A DNA stretch of 60,706 nucleotides. Source: Chloroflexota bacterium. GTDB lineage: Bacteria; Chloroflexota; Limnocylindria; Limnocylindrales; Limnocylindraceae. The notes under the pieces were generated by a model. That model searched no databases. It worked only from the letters and a program-made list of their open reading frames with translations, and was not told where the DNA came from. The translations under genes and the position numbers were made by a program. Positions 36,008 through 44,330 of this stretch are shown here, piece after piece. Positions within the stretch are counted from its first letter, which is position 1, and the number at the start of each line of letters is the position of its first letter. Where the stretch lies: contig JAPLHR010000046.1 of the NCBI GenBank assembly GCA_026389535.1, forward strand, positions 1-60,706, in the 5' to 3' direction.

Positions 36008-36825
36008 GCGGCGTACCTGCCGGCGAGGGCGGCGGCCCAGCTGGCGGCATTCTTGGCGCTCAGGTCGCGCTGCGGCTCACCATCAATGACCACCAGCGGC
36101 GACGGGGCGCCGAGCAGGTGGTTTGGGAGCGACTCGAGGCGCAGGTTGCTCCATGGGATCGCTCGGCCGAACTCGGTGCCGAACTCGTAGCTGAGGGTGC
36201 CCATCACCGAACCCGCCCCCGAGACGAGGCAGTTGGCACAGCGGCAGACGGCGATCGAGCGGGTCACCCCTGGCTCAAAGGCGAGGTGCTTATAGAAGGT
36301 GGCGGTGCCGTAGACCATGGCGTACCAGGCACCGGTCGCGCCGCTGACGCGCTTCAGCGCGTCGACGGGGAGGTAGCCGTATGCCCCCTGAATCGCTTCA
36401 AGGATCGCGAGCATGTGGTGCGGGTCGTAGTCGTGCGCTTCGAGGATCTCGTCGACCTTCGCGATGTTGATGGTTGCCCCTGTTGCCGCTGCAGCGTCGG
36501 AGACGGCGCGACCGGAGCGGCGCATCGCCGACTCTTCGCGACGCTCGGCGTACTGCTCGGCGGGGCCCCAATGCACCGCGAAGCGCCCCTTCGTGTCGGT
36601 GCCGCCCATATCAATGCACTCGATCGGACAGGCCTGCGCGCACTGGAAACAGGTCTCGCACTTCAACGTTCCGTGTTCATCGGTGACGAGTTCAAGTCGG
36701 CCGCGATTGCGCGGAGCGATGTCGGGCTTCACCTCTGGATACAGCACGGTGCGCTTCGGCTGGAAGAAGCGCGTCAGCGTGAGGCGCATTCCCGAAACGA
36801 GGCCGGCGCCAGGAATTCGTGGCAT
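36004..36825 (-). CDS. Fusion protein: NuoI N-terminal half (one 4Fe-4S motif) + NuoE-like thioredoxin-fold domain
   Basis: Track ORF 36004..37101 trimmed to ATG 36823-36825, just after the nuoH stop. aa 1-75: LTLTRFFQPKRTVLYPE...CETCFQCAQACP. aa ~118-273: NuoE-like (MLAILEAIQGAYGYLP, GTATFYKHL, AVCRCANCLVSG). There is no second CxxCxxCxxxCP motif. Confidence 0.85.
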   Translation of the reverse strand: MPRIPGAGLVSGMRLTLTRFFQPKRTVLYPEVKPDIAPRNRGRLELVTDEHGTLKCETCFQCAQACPIECIDMGGTDTKGRFAVHWGPAEQYAERREESAMRRSGRAVSDAAAATGATINIAKVDEILEAHDYDPHHMLAILEAIQGAYGYLPVDALKRVSGATGAWYAMVYGTATFYKHLAFEPGVTRSIAVCRCANCLVSGAGSVMGTLSYEFGTEFGRAIPWSNLRLESLPNHLLGAPSPLVVIDGEPQRDLSAKNAASWAAALAGRYAA

Positions 36826-36827
36826 GG

Positions 36828-38168
36828 CTACCTCCCCGCAATCAGCACGGCGAACGCCGTAGCAAAAATGTTGAGTAGCGATGCTGGCAAGAGCCACTTC
36901 CAGGCGAAGCCCATCAGCTGGTCGATGCGAGCGCGCGGCAGTGTTCCGCGCATCCAGACGAAGGTGAAGACGAGCGCGAATGTTTTCATCAAGAACCAGA
37001 TGAGGCTTGCGACGGGCGGCAGCATCACAAAGGCCCACAGGCCAATCGCCGCCGTTGATACGCCACCGAAGATCAAGAACCCGCCGATTAGCGCCTGCCA
37101 TCCTTTAACGCGTGTGCTGGCAAACCAGAGGGGCGCCGCAAACAGTAGCGTGCCGAGCACGGGCGCAATGCCGGCGATGAGCGGCAGACCAATGCCGAGC
37201 GCGCTCAGGTCAATCAAGATCTGTGGATGTAGATCAACATGAATTGGCGGATTAGATCCACCGAGGAAAACGGCGCTAAACAGTGCCGAGACGACGAAGA
37301 CGTTCACATATTCTGCGAAGAAGAAGAATCCGAAGCGCATGCCGGAATACTCGGTGGCGAATCCGGCGACGATCTCTTGGTCGGCCTCGGCGTTGTCAAA
37401 TGGGGTGCGGTTTGCTTCAGCGGTGATTGCGATAAAGAAGATGATCGCCGCAAGTGGCTGGCGGAAGATGAACCAATCGAGGAACGAGCCGTCTTGCGCG
37501 GCAACGATCTTTGGCAGCGAAAGTGTGCCGGTCAGGATCACGATACCCACGACGGAGAGTGTCAGCGGAATCTCGTAGCTGATCGCTTGTGCTGCGGCAC
37601 GAATGCCGCCGAGCAGTGAGTACTTATTGAACGACGACCAGCCGGCCATCATGAGGCCAACGACGCTGAGTCCGCCGATCGCAAAAAAGTAGAGGAGTCC
37701 GAGCTCAAAGCCCATGCTCGTGAGCTCTGGCGCAAACGGAATCACGAGTAGCGTCATGAAGCTTGCCAGATAGACAACCACTGGTGCCAGCGTGAAGACT
37801 GGAACGTCAACGCTCGGTGGCGTGTAGTCCTCCTTCATCAGCACCTTGAGACCGTGCACCACGCTCATCACCGCGCCAGCTGGGCCGATGCGATCAGGTC
37901 CGATGCGCAAGTTCATGAGCGCAATGATCTTCATCTCCATATAGATCAAGAGGAATGCGACTGGAACCGAAATCAAGAAGGTGACAACCGCAGCGACCAG
38001 GAAGCGCACGATCGGCAGGTTCGCGCCGATCGTTGCGGCGATGGCGCCGCCAAATGTGGCGAGTAGTACGGTCGTCAGCCCGCCACCAATTGCGAGCACG
38101 GGGAGCAGCACCGCGAGTGCGCGGCCGGCTGGCGTCAGGCGGTTCCAGGCCATCGATGCGCCGCTCAC
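36828..38168 (-). CDS. nuoH: NADH-quinone oxidoreductase subunit H (extended)
   Basis: MEMKIIALMNLRIGPDRIGPAG, GFATEYSGMRFGFFFFAEY. 446 aa, with an extra N-terminal TM segment and an internal hydrophobic insertion. Confidence 0.9.
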   Translation of the reverse strand: MSGASMAWNRLTPAGRALAVLLPVLAIGGGLTTVLLATFGGAIAATIGANLPIVRFLVAAVVTFLISVPVAFLLIYMEMKIIALMNLRIGPDRIGPAGAVMSVVHGLKVLMKEDYTPPSVDVPVFTLAPVVVYLASFMTLLVIPFAPELTSMGFELGLLYFFAIGGLSVVGLMMAGWSSFNKYSLLGGIRAAAQAISYEIPLTLSVVGIVILTGTLSLPKIVAAQDGSFLDWFIFRQPLAAIIFFIAITAEANRTPFDNAEADQEIVAGFATEYSGMRFGFFFFAEYVNVFVVSALFSAVFLGGSNPPIHVDLHPQILIDLSALGIGLPLIAGIAPVLGTLLFAAPLWFASTRVKGWQALIGGFLIFGGVSTAAIGLWAFVMLPPVASLIWFLMKTFALVFTFVWMRGTLPRARIDQLMGFAWKWLLPASLLNIFATAFAVLIAGR

Positions 38169-39376
38169 TTGTCGACTCCGCCCATGACTGGGTCGAGGCT
38201 TGCCATCACGGCCATCGTGTCGGCGATGAGATTTCCCTTGGTGAGTGGCCCAACAAGTTGCAGGTGCACAAATGACGGGTCGTGAATGCGCATGCGGAAT
38301 GGCTGATCGGTGCCGTCGCTAATTGCGTAGGTGCCGTACACGCCGCGTGGACCTTCAACAGCGCCAAACGCGCGACCCGGTCGCGGGCGAAGCAGGCGCG
38401 GCAGCTTCGCCATCACTGGACCATCGGGCATCTCGTGAAGGACCTGGTCAATGATGCGGATCGACTGCTTGATCTCATCCATGCGCACCAGGTAACGGGC
38501 AAGCGAATCGCCCTCGTCGCGGGTCGGCACGTCGAACTCGAGCTCTGGGTAAACGAGATATGGGCGGTCGCGGCGCAGGTCGTAGGGGACGCCGCTCGCG
38601 CGCAGGTTTGGACCAGTGACGCCCATCTTGAGGGCTGTCTTTGCATCGAGAACCCCGAGGCCGCGCGTGCGGCGCACGAAGATCTCGTTCTCGTTGATCA
38701 GGGCCAGGTTGGAGTCGATCTGGGCGGCGGCGCGGCTCATCCAGGTGCCGAGGCGGCTCATGAACTCGTGGTTCAAGTCGCCGTTCACGCCACCGATTCG
38801 GTAGTAGTTGTAGAGGAGCTTCTGGCCGGTGAGAGCGGCGAGCATGTCGACGATCTCGTCGCGTTCGATGAACGCCCAGAGGATCGGGGTGATGCCGCCG
38901 AGGTCGAGTGCCATCCAGCCCTGGAAGAGGGTGTGGCTCGCGATGCGGTTGAGCTCCATCGTCAGCACGCGGATGTATTGTGCGCGGCGCGGAACATCAA
39001 CATCCATCAGCTTCTCAAACGCAGCGACCGGTGCCGCTTCGCAGAAGAGTGATGCGACGTATTCGAGTGGGTCGGTGTAGCAGATTGCCTGGTGGTAGTC
39101 GGCGTTCTCGCAGAGCTTCTCTACGCCGCGGTGCAAATAGCCGAGCACTGGATCGAGGTCGACGACCTTCTCGCCGTTCACCTTGATGATCACGCGCAGC
39201 ACGCCGTGTGTTGATGGGTGCTGTGGCCCCATGTTCACGAACATCTCGCCTTCGCGCAACGTAAGGAACTCCGCCTGTCGTTCGGTCTGCGGAATTGGTG
39301 CCGGCTCGTACCAGGTCGAATCCGCAGGAATCGCGACGCGTGGATCGTCGAGCGATGGGCGCATCTGCTGTGTCAT
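38165..39376 (-). CDS. nuoD: NADH-quinone oxidoreductase subunit D
   Basis: NMGPQHPSTHGVLR, HRGVEKL, C-terminal DPVMGGVDK. Confidence 0.92.
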   Translation of the reverse strand: MTQQMRPSLDDPRVAIPADSTWYEPAPIPQTERQAEFLTLREGEMFVNMGPQHPSTHGVLRVIIKVNGEKVVDLDPVLGYLHRGVEKLCENADYHQAICYTDPLEYVASLFCEAAPVAAFEKLMDVDVPRRAQYIRVLTMELNRIASHTLFQGWMALDLGGITPILWAFIERDEIVDMLAALTGQKLLYNYYRIGGVNGDLNHEFMSRLGTWMSRAAAQIDSNLALINENEIFVRRTRGLGVLDAKTALKMGVTGPNLRASGVPYDLRRDRPYLVYPELEFDVPTRDEGDSLARYLVRMDEIKQSIRIIDQVLHEMPDGPVMAKLPRLLRPRPGRAFGAVEGPRGVYGTYAISDGTDQPFRMRIHDPSFVHLQLVGPLTKGNLIADTMAVMASLDPVMGGVDK

Positions 39377-39378
39377 CG

Positions 39379-39930
39379 CTATACGCCTGGGCTCTTGCGC
39401 AGCACGGTTGCTGCCGTTGCGTCGGCTGGGGTTCCGGCGCGCTCCATGTTGCGCACGCCAGCGGCGGGTGAACGCGATGCGTCATCGGCGAGATAGAAAT
39501 CTTTGCGTAGCGGGAAGCTGCGGTAATCATCTGGCATGTAGATGCGACGTAGATCGCGATTCCCTTCGAAGATGATGCCGAACATGTCGTAGGCTTCGCG
39601 CTCCATCCACTCAGCACCTGGCCACATGAACGTTGCCGATGCGATGCGTGGCGCGGTGCGATCAAGTCCGGGAACGATCACGCGCAGCCAATCGCCGCTT
39701 GTTGACGAGGAGAGGTGATAGACAACCTGCATCTCTTCGCCGGTATCGACGCCGCACAGATCAATCAACATTTCAAATCGCAGCGCAGGGTCATCGTGCA
39801 GTGTACGCAGCGTGTCGGTTGCATTGGCGAGTGCAACGCGAATCTCGCTCTCGTCGTATCGCTGACGCACTGGCGTAAGCAGCCGCTCGCCGAATTTTTC
39901 GGTGAGCAGTGCAGCGAGACGGCGATCCAC
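39379..39930 (-). CDS. nuoC: NADH-quinone oxidoreductase subunit C
   Basis: 183 aa (WPGAEWMEREAYDMFGIIFEG). Confidence 0.9.
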   Translation of the reverse strand: MDRRLAALLTEKFGERLLTPVRQRYDESEIRVALANATDTLRTLHDDPALRFEMLIDLCGVDTGEEMQVVYHLSSSTSGDWLRVIVPGLDRTAPRIASATFMWPGAEWMEREAYDMFGIIFEGNRDLRRIYMPDDYRSFPLRKDFYLADDASRSPAAGVRNMERAGTPADATAATVLRKSPGV

Positions 39931-40638
39931 CTAGATCCCCTTCGGAACAGTTGGGCCAATCGCGCGCTCTGGCCAGTGGCCGCGTCGGTCTTTGATCAAC
40001 TGCTGCAACTTCATCATTCCGTAGATCAGCCCCTCTGGTCGCGGTGGGCAACCAGGGATGTACACATCGACGGGCATGACGCGATCGATTCCTTGCACTA
40101 CGGAGTAGCTGCGCTTGTAGCGTCCGCCAGAGCAGGTGCAGTCGCCCATCGCAACAACCCACTTCGGTTCAGGCATCTGCTCCCACAAACGAATCAGTGG
40201 TTCGGCCATCTTGGTGGTAAGCGTTCCGGCAACGATCAACACGTCAGCCTGACGTGGGCTCGCGCGGAACGGGAACATGCCCCAGCGATCAATGTCGTTC
40301 TTCGGTGTTGCAGTTGACATCATCTCAATAGCGCAGCATGCGAGACCGGAGAGTAGCGGCCACAAGCTGTTTGCGCGAATCAGGTCGAGCACAACGTCGG
40401 CCTTCGTTGGAATGGCGGAGAGCGCACCGCCCCATCGCGCATCATCAACACGACCGTCACCGGTTGCGTCGTAGCGCGCGAGCTCAAGGTTCGGGTGTGC
40501 CTCGAGCGGTAGTCCGCCGTACGCGCGCGGGTCGTCGGTGCTCCACAACGTATTGCCAACGGTTGCTGGCGACTGAACGCTGCCGTCTGGCTGCACTTCA
40601 GGAAGGTTGCTGAACTTCGGGTCGCGCGTTATCGCCAT
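39931..40638 (-). CDS. nuoB: NADH-quinone oxidoreductase subunit B with ~85-aa N-terminal extension
   Basis: [34 protein letters not shown] (N2 cluster ligands). Start set to ATG 40636-40638, preceded by AAGGGGG; GTG at 40659 is an alternative. Confidence 0.9.
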   Translation of the reverse strand: MAITRDPKFSNLPEVQPDGSVQSPATVGNTLWSTDDPRAYGGLPLEAHPNLELARYDATGDGRVDDARWGGALSAIPTKADVVLDLIRANSLWPLLSGLACCAIEMMSTATPKNDIDRWGMFPFRASPRQADVLIVAGTLTTKMAEPLIRLWEQMPEPKWVVAMGDCTCSGGRYKRSYSVVQGIDRVMPVDVYIPGCPPRPEGLIYGMMKLQQLIKDRRGHWPERAIGPTVPKGI

Positions 40639-40985
40639 GAGAGGACCCCCTTGCGCCACGCGTAGGCGAGGCCAACGAGCAACACGCCGATGAAGATCGC
40701 CATGGAGATCAGGCCGTCCATCAAGAGCACCTTGAAGTTCAGTGCCCAGATGTAGATGAAGACGATCTCAACATCGAAGGCGACGAAGAGGAGTGCGTAG
40801 AGATAGAAGGAGAGGCCGAAGCGTCCGTGGGTGTCGCCGTACGTGTCGATGCCGGACTCGTAGGGAACCTGCTTGCCGCGGCTGCCGCGTGTGCGGTGAG
40901 AGATGAGCCAGGCAAGGCCGATGGTAAGGAACACGAAGGAGGCGCCTGCGACTGCGAAACCGAGGACGTACCAGAGTCCTGTCAT
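40629..40985 (-). CDS. nuoA: NADH-quinone oxidoreductase subunit A
   Basis: 118 aa, three TM segments ([17 protein letters not shown]). Confidence 0.9.
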   Translation of the reverse strand: MTGLWYVLGFAVAGASFVFLTIGLAWLISHRTRGSRGKQVPYESGIDTYGDTHGRFGLSFYLYALLFVAFDVEIVFIYIWALNFKVLLMDGLISMAIFIGVLLVGLAYAWRKGVLSWR

Positions 40986-41057
40986 GAAACTCCCCCGTTC
41001 GATCCATCAACCCGGCGCGTACCCCGTAGCGGGGGCTCGGGTGATTACGCTCAGATT

Positions 41058-42236
41058 CTAGACGAGGGGGCGATTCGGAGCCGCCGTTCCGGGGAGTGGC
41101 GATGCGGGGTCGGCGAGCGCATTTGCCCCTGGAGAACTCCCCGCCACAAACACCTCCACGGCAAATCCGCCCATGCGGCGCGGATCCATCAGTTGGGCGA
41201 GTGCGGAGCGCAGGGCGATCGCCCCTTCGAGGGTTGCGGCTGGTCCAGTGCGCGTTCGGGCAACCTCGCCGTCGACCCCCGCCGTTGCGAGGAACTTGGC
41301 CTGGTTCGTGCTCGTCAGGTGGCGGAGCCCACCGGCCACCGCCGCCGCCCGCAGCAGGGTGAGGTCCACATGGGCGGTCAGGTCGCGGCTCCCTGGCTCA
41401 CTGAGGAGGTCCGCGGTGGCTCGGTGCCCCTGGTAGGCGAGGGCGGTGCCGGCCATGCGGCTGGTGGCGTCGCGCAGGATGGCCCCTTCGCGGCCGTAAT
41501 CGAGCACGATAACGACCCCTTCGGTGAGTTCGCCGCTCAGCCCGTGGGCCCAGTCGGCCGTTGCTGGCGAGAGCTCGGCGAGCTGCCCTTCGGCGAGTGG
41601 CGGCCAGCTCGCCATGAGTGGGGCGAGCCGTTCGGCGACCCCTGGATCGGGCGCCCCCTCAGCCCAGGTGAGGACATTTGTTACAGGGTCAATCGACACG
41701 CGGCGCTCGGCGAAACCGCCTGGAGCGGCGCGGCCGACCACTATGTGGAAGGGGAGGGCGTCGGCAAACTCATTGGCAACCACGATCCCCGCGGCTGGGG
41801 GGCTCCCCGCCGCAACGAGGGGTGGCCCCCCGCCAGGGAGCGCCGCCAGTGCGGCCGTCAAATCGGCGAGGCGGTATGGGTTCGCCTCGCTCACCGAGAC
41901 CTCCAGCGCGTCGAGAAGGGGGTGCCCCTCTCGGGCGAGGTGGTCGAGTGCCGCCAGCAGGAGGGTCCCCTCGCCAGCGCCGTACTCACGCCAGCGGAAG
42001 GTGGCTGGGCGGCCGAGGCGCTCCCAGGTTGCGGCGGCAAGTTGCGCGATGGCGGCACCGAGGATGGGGTGCAACTCTGGCGCCGTCATGAAGTCACCGC
42101 TGCGACCAGCCCGACGCTGGGCGGTTGCGTAGTAGCCGAGCCCAGGCTCAAGAAGGGCGCGCCCCATAAACCGCGCGAAGCTGATCGAGCCCTCGCGTTG
42201 GACCTCTTCGCGAATGAGACGCTCTACCTCTTCCAT
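41058..42236 (-). CDS. DUF185/NDUFAF7(MidA)-family SAM-dependent methyltransferase
   Basis: ISFARFMGRALLEPGLGYY, GDFMTAPELHPILG, WREYGAGEGTL. Start trimmed to ATG 42234-42236. Ends 72 nt upstream of nuoA on the same strand. Confidence 0.8.
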   Translation of the reverse strand: MEEVERLIREEVQREGSISFARFMGRALLEPGLGYYATAQRRAGRSGDFMTAPELHPILGAAIAQLAAATWERLGRPATFRWREYGAGEGTLLLAALDHLAREGHPLLDALEVSVSEANPYRLADLTAALAALPGGGPPLVAAGSPPAAGIVVANEFADALPFHIVVGRAAPGGFAERRVSIDPVTNVLTWAEGAPDPGVAERLAPLMASWPPLAEGQLAELSPATADWAHGLSGELTEGVVIVLDYGREGAILRDATSRMAGTALAYQGHRATADLLSEPGSRDLTAHVDLTLLRAAAVAGGLRHLTSTNQAKFLATAGVDGEVARTRTGPAATLEGAIALRSALAQLMDPRRMGGFAVEVFVAGSSPGANALADPASPLPGTAAPNRPLV

Positions 42237-42270
42237 GCAGTAGATCCTACGCGGCGCTACCGTCGGGCAC

Positions 42271-42861
42271 ATGCGTGAACTCGTTCTACACCTAGGGATC
42301 GGGGCCAACCTCGACGACCCTGTCGCCACGCTCGCTGAAGCGGTCGTCGCACTCGCGCACATTCCTGGCTGGAGCCTTGAGCAGGTCTCGCCGCTCTACC
42401 GCACCACTCCGGTCGGCCTCGTTGATCAACCAGAGTTCTTCAACGCCGCGCTCCGAATGCGCGCGACGCTTCCTGAAGAGCCGGCGGCGGCGGCAGTTGA
42501 GGTGCTTATGCGCGTCAAGGAGCTAGAGCGACTCTTCGGCCGCGTACCAACGGTGCGGTTCGGCCCGCGCCGTCTCGACATTGACATCATCGCGATGGAG
42601 AACATCGCAGTAGTGCATCCGCGACCGCACGGCACGGAGTCCGACGGTGCTGATGCTGATCGGCCGCTGGTCGTTCCGCATCCAGCCGCTGCCGAACGCC
42701 TCTTCGTCTTGGCACCACTCGCCGACATCTCTCCAACGCTAAAGGCGCCGGGGTGGCAAGGAACTGCACGCGAGCTGCGAGATGTGCAGCGACGCCTTGA
42801 AGGCGGGGCTGCTGCGCTCTGCGTCGGCGCGTGGGATCCGGCGGCGCTGCGCTGGGTGTAG
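42271..42861 (+). CDS. folK: 2-amino-4-hydroxy-6-hydroxymethyldihydropteridine diphosphokinase (HPPK)
   Basis: LGANLDDP, SPLYRTTPVG, FGPRRLDIDII, PHPAAAERLFVLAPL. Confidence 0.85.
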   Translation: MRELVLHLGIGANLDDPVATLAEAVVALAHIPGWSLEQVSPLYRTTPVGLVDQPEFFNAALRMRATLPEEPAAAAVEVLMRVKELERLFGRVPTVRFGPRRLDIDIIAMENIAVVHPRPHGTESDGADADRPLVVPHPAAAERLFVLAPLADISPTLKAPGWQGTARELRDVQRRLEGGAAALCVGAWDPAALRWV

Positions 42862-42865
42862 TGCC

Positions 42866-44248
42866 TTAGCGACGGTAGTGTCGCCGCCCGGTGAAGACCA
42901 TCGCAATGCCGTGACGATCGGCGATCTCGATTGCCGCTGCATCGCGACGTGAGCCGCCCGGCTGAACAATTGCGGTAACGCCCGCTGCTGCTGCGGCAGC
43001 GATCCCCTCTGCAAATGGGAAGTACGCATCACTGGCCATCACTGCACCACGTGCGCGCTCTCCCGCTTGGTTGAGCGCAATGTCAACGGCAACACGACGA
43101 TTCACTTGAGCGGCTCCAATACCGAGTGTTGCAGCACCGCGCGCTACTACGATGGCGTTCGACCGAATGTGTCGAACGATGCGCCACGAGAAGAGTAGGT
43201 CGGTGAGCTCGTCAAGTGTTGGGCGGCGTTCGGTGACAACACGAAGTTGCGAACGCTCAATGTTTCCGGTGTCGGCTGTTTGTAAGAGTACCGCGCCGCT
43301 GACGCCAATCATGTCAAACTCTGTTGCGCGATGAGAGGGGTCAATGACGACGCTCAGTTCTGGTCGCGTGCGCAGCGCCTCCGCAGCGCCATCATCTGCA
43401 AGTGCTGGCGCGAGCACCGATTCAAATGTTCCCGATGCGATCACCGCGGCAACGGCACGATCAATTGGAACGTTGAGGACAACGATTGAGCCGGAGCTTG
43501 CCGCTGCATCTGTCTCAATCGCGCGCGTGAGTGCACCGAGCGCCGTCTCGGCGGTTGCGACGCCGATCGGATCTGTGTGTCGAATGAGCGCGACGCTCGG
43601 CGTTGGTAGGTCGGCAACAAGTCGCGAACCAGCGTCGAGGTCGAGTAGGTCGTTGAGGCTGGGCTCTTGCCCCTGCAGCACTCGAGCGCCCATGATCCCC
43701 GCATCTGCGGTGTGTACGCGCCGGTACGCCGCGGCGGCCTGGTGCTGATTCTCGCCGTGGCCAAATGTACGAATGCGCTCAAGCACAATTACGTCACGAG
43801 CTGGCATGGCGCTCTCGCTGTCGCGAACCAGCGGCGCAACATGGGCCGCAATGACGAGGGCCGCCGAACGCCGGAGTTCGCTCCGCAGTGCGGTCAAGTT
43901 GCCAGTGGATCCCATGTCGGAGAGGAGGTCGCCGATCGCAGTTGGGTCAACAACGATGATCGGCCCCTCCTCGGCGGCGAGGAGTGCTCGTGTAATGGCG
44001 ACGATTGCGGCGGGTGGGGCCTCGGCCCCTGCTGGGGCGATCAGGAGGTCGGCGCTGGTAAGGCTCGCCGCCGCCTGATCGAGGGTCGCGGCATCGGCAT
44101 GTTCGGTCACCTGGATCTCATCCGCTCGAAGGTGTGTGGCGGCGGGACCGGCTTCCACCGTGGCCCCACGGGCGATAAGGGTCGCGAGGATGGGCGTCAG
44201 CCCTGCGAGGGCGGGGCTCTCGGGGGAGATCAGCAGAAGGACGCGCAT
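42866..44248 (-). CDS. purH: PurH-like protein (AICAR transformylase domain intact-looking, IMP cyclohydrolase/MGS-like domain degenerate)
   Basis: GENQHQAAAAY, RHTDPIGVA, SNAIVVARGAATLGIGAAQVNR, ASDAYFPF, IVQPGGSRRD, VFTGRRHYRR. The N-domain lacks a GRVKTLHP-type motif. Start trimmed to ATG 44246-44248. Confidence 0.75.
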   Translation of the reverse strand: MRVLLLISPESPALAGLTPILATLIARGATVEAGPAATHLRADEIQVTEHADAATLDQAAASLTSADLLIAPAGAEAPPAAIVAITRALLAAEEGPIIVVDPTAIGDLLSDMGSTGNLTALRSELRRSAALVIAAHVAPLVRDSESAMPARDVIVLERIRTFGHGENQHQAAAAYRRVHTADAGIMGARVLQGQEPSLNDLLDLDAGSRLVADLPTPSVALIRHTDPIGVATAETALGALTRAIETDAAASSGSIVVLNVPIDRAVAAVIASGTFESVLAPALADDGAAEALRTRPELSVVIDPSHRATEFDMIGVSGAVLLQTADTGNIERSQLRVVTERRPTLDELTDLLFSWRIVRHIRSNAIVVARGAATLGIGAAQVNRRVAVDIALNQAGERARGAVMASDAYFPFAEGIAAAAAAGVTAIVQPGGSRRDAAAIEIADRHGIAMVFTGRRHYRR

Positions 44249-44330
44249 GCTGCTGATGGTGGCATACTCGCTCACACAAACCCGCACGCTGTTGTGCTGG
44301 GTGAACCGAAACCTAGCGAGTGAGGACAAG

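Noticed and set aside
36826-37101. 5' extension of track ORF 36004..37101
   Set aside because: It overlaps the nuoH 3' end in another frame. NuoI-like sequence begins exactly at ATG 36825, right after the nuoH stop.
35935-37242. Plus-strand 435-aa ORF across the nuoF-like, nuoI/E and nuoH genes
   Set aside because: Antisense shadow of recognisable nuo genes, with no motifs and biased composition.
40986-41057. Short hairpin CCCCG-TAG-CGGGG upstream of nuoA, considered as a terminator or a CsoR-like box
   Set aside because: It has only a 5-bp stem, no U-tract, and arms that do not match the GATACCCC/GGGGTATC palindrome. This is too weak to call.
40827-42278. Plus-strand 483-aa ORF
   Set aside because: Antisense to nuoA and the DUF185 methyltransferase. 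Gly/Arg/Glu-rich with no family resemblance.
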